Source: a virus (lineage: Duplodnaviria; Caudoviricetes). Taken from it: a stretch of 26,713 bases of DNA. Position 1 is the stretch's first letter, and each line of letters opens with the position of its first letter. The stretch lies in IMG/VR virus record IMGVR_UViG_3300037851_000756, positions 1 to 26,713 of that record. One strand, 5' to 3'. The notes beneath the pieces were generated by a model. That model saw only the letters and a program-made list of their open reading frames with translations. It was not told where the DNA came from and searched no databases. Below, one piece after another: positions 26,707-26,713 of this stretch. The position numbers and the translations under genes were made by a program.

Positions 26707-26713
26707 CCCATGC

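Noticed and set aside
1-26713. Stop-codon reassignment, tRNA or rRNA genes
   Set aside because: TAG, TGA and TAA all terminate genes at expected boundaries; no cloverleaf or rRNA-like sequence recognised in the short spacers.

Overview
High-GC window of a tailed (siphovirus-type, HK97-like) phage or prophage; host cannot be assigned, and no integrase, att site, terminase, portal or endolysin is visible. The + strand (1-21856) is a tightly coupled virion morphogenesis operon: a 5'-truncated 20-aa-repeat Ala/Thr/Ser/Gly fibre-like protein, a BppU-N-like protein, a small YezD/DUF2292-like ORF, prohead protease, major capsid protein, decoration protein, neck genes interrupted by two membrane proteins, two paralogous tail-tube-like genes, tail chaperones, tape measure, tail tip/fibre genes and a final protein with a Sec-type signal peptide. 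The - strand (21982-26706) carries convergent early/middle genes: a chimeric HNH-zinc-finger protein, ParB-DNA methyltransferase, NinG-like nuclease, PD-(D/E)XK nuclease and small ORFs. The most interesting signal is a candidate RNA-level control layer on the structural operon: a promoter + boxB-like hairpin + intrinsic terminator directly before the protease RBS and directly after the small YezD-like gene, plus a switch-like structured spacer after the capsid gene. All family calls are motif recognition by eye, not database results.
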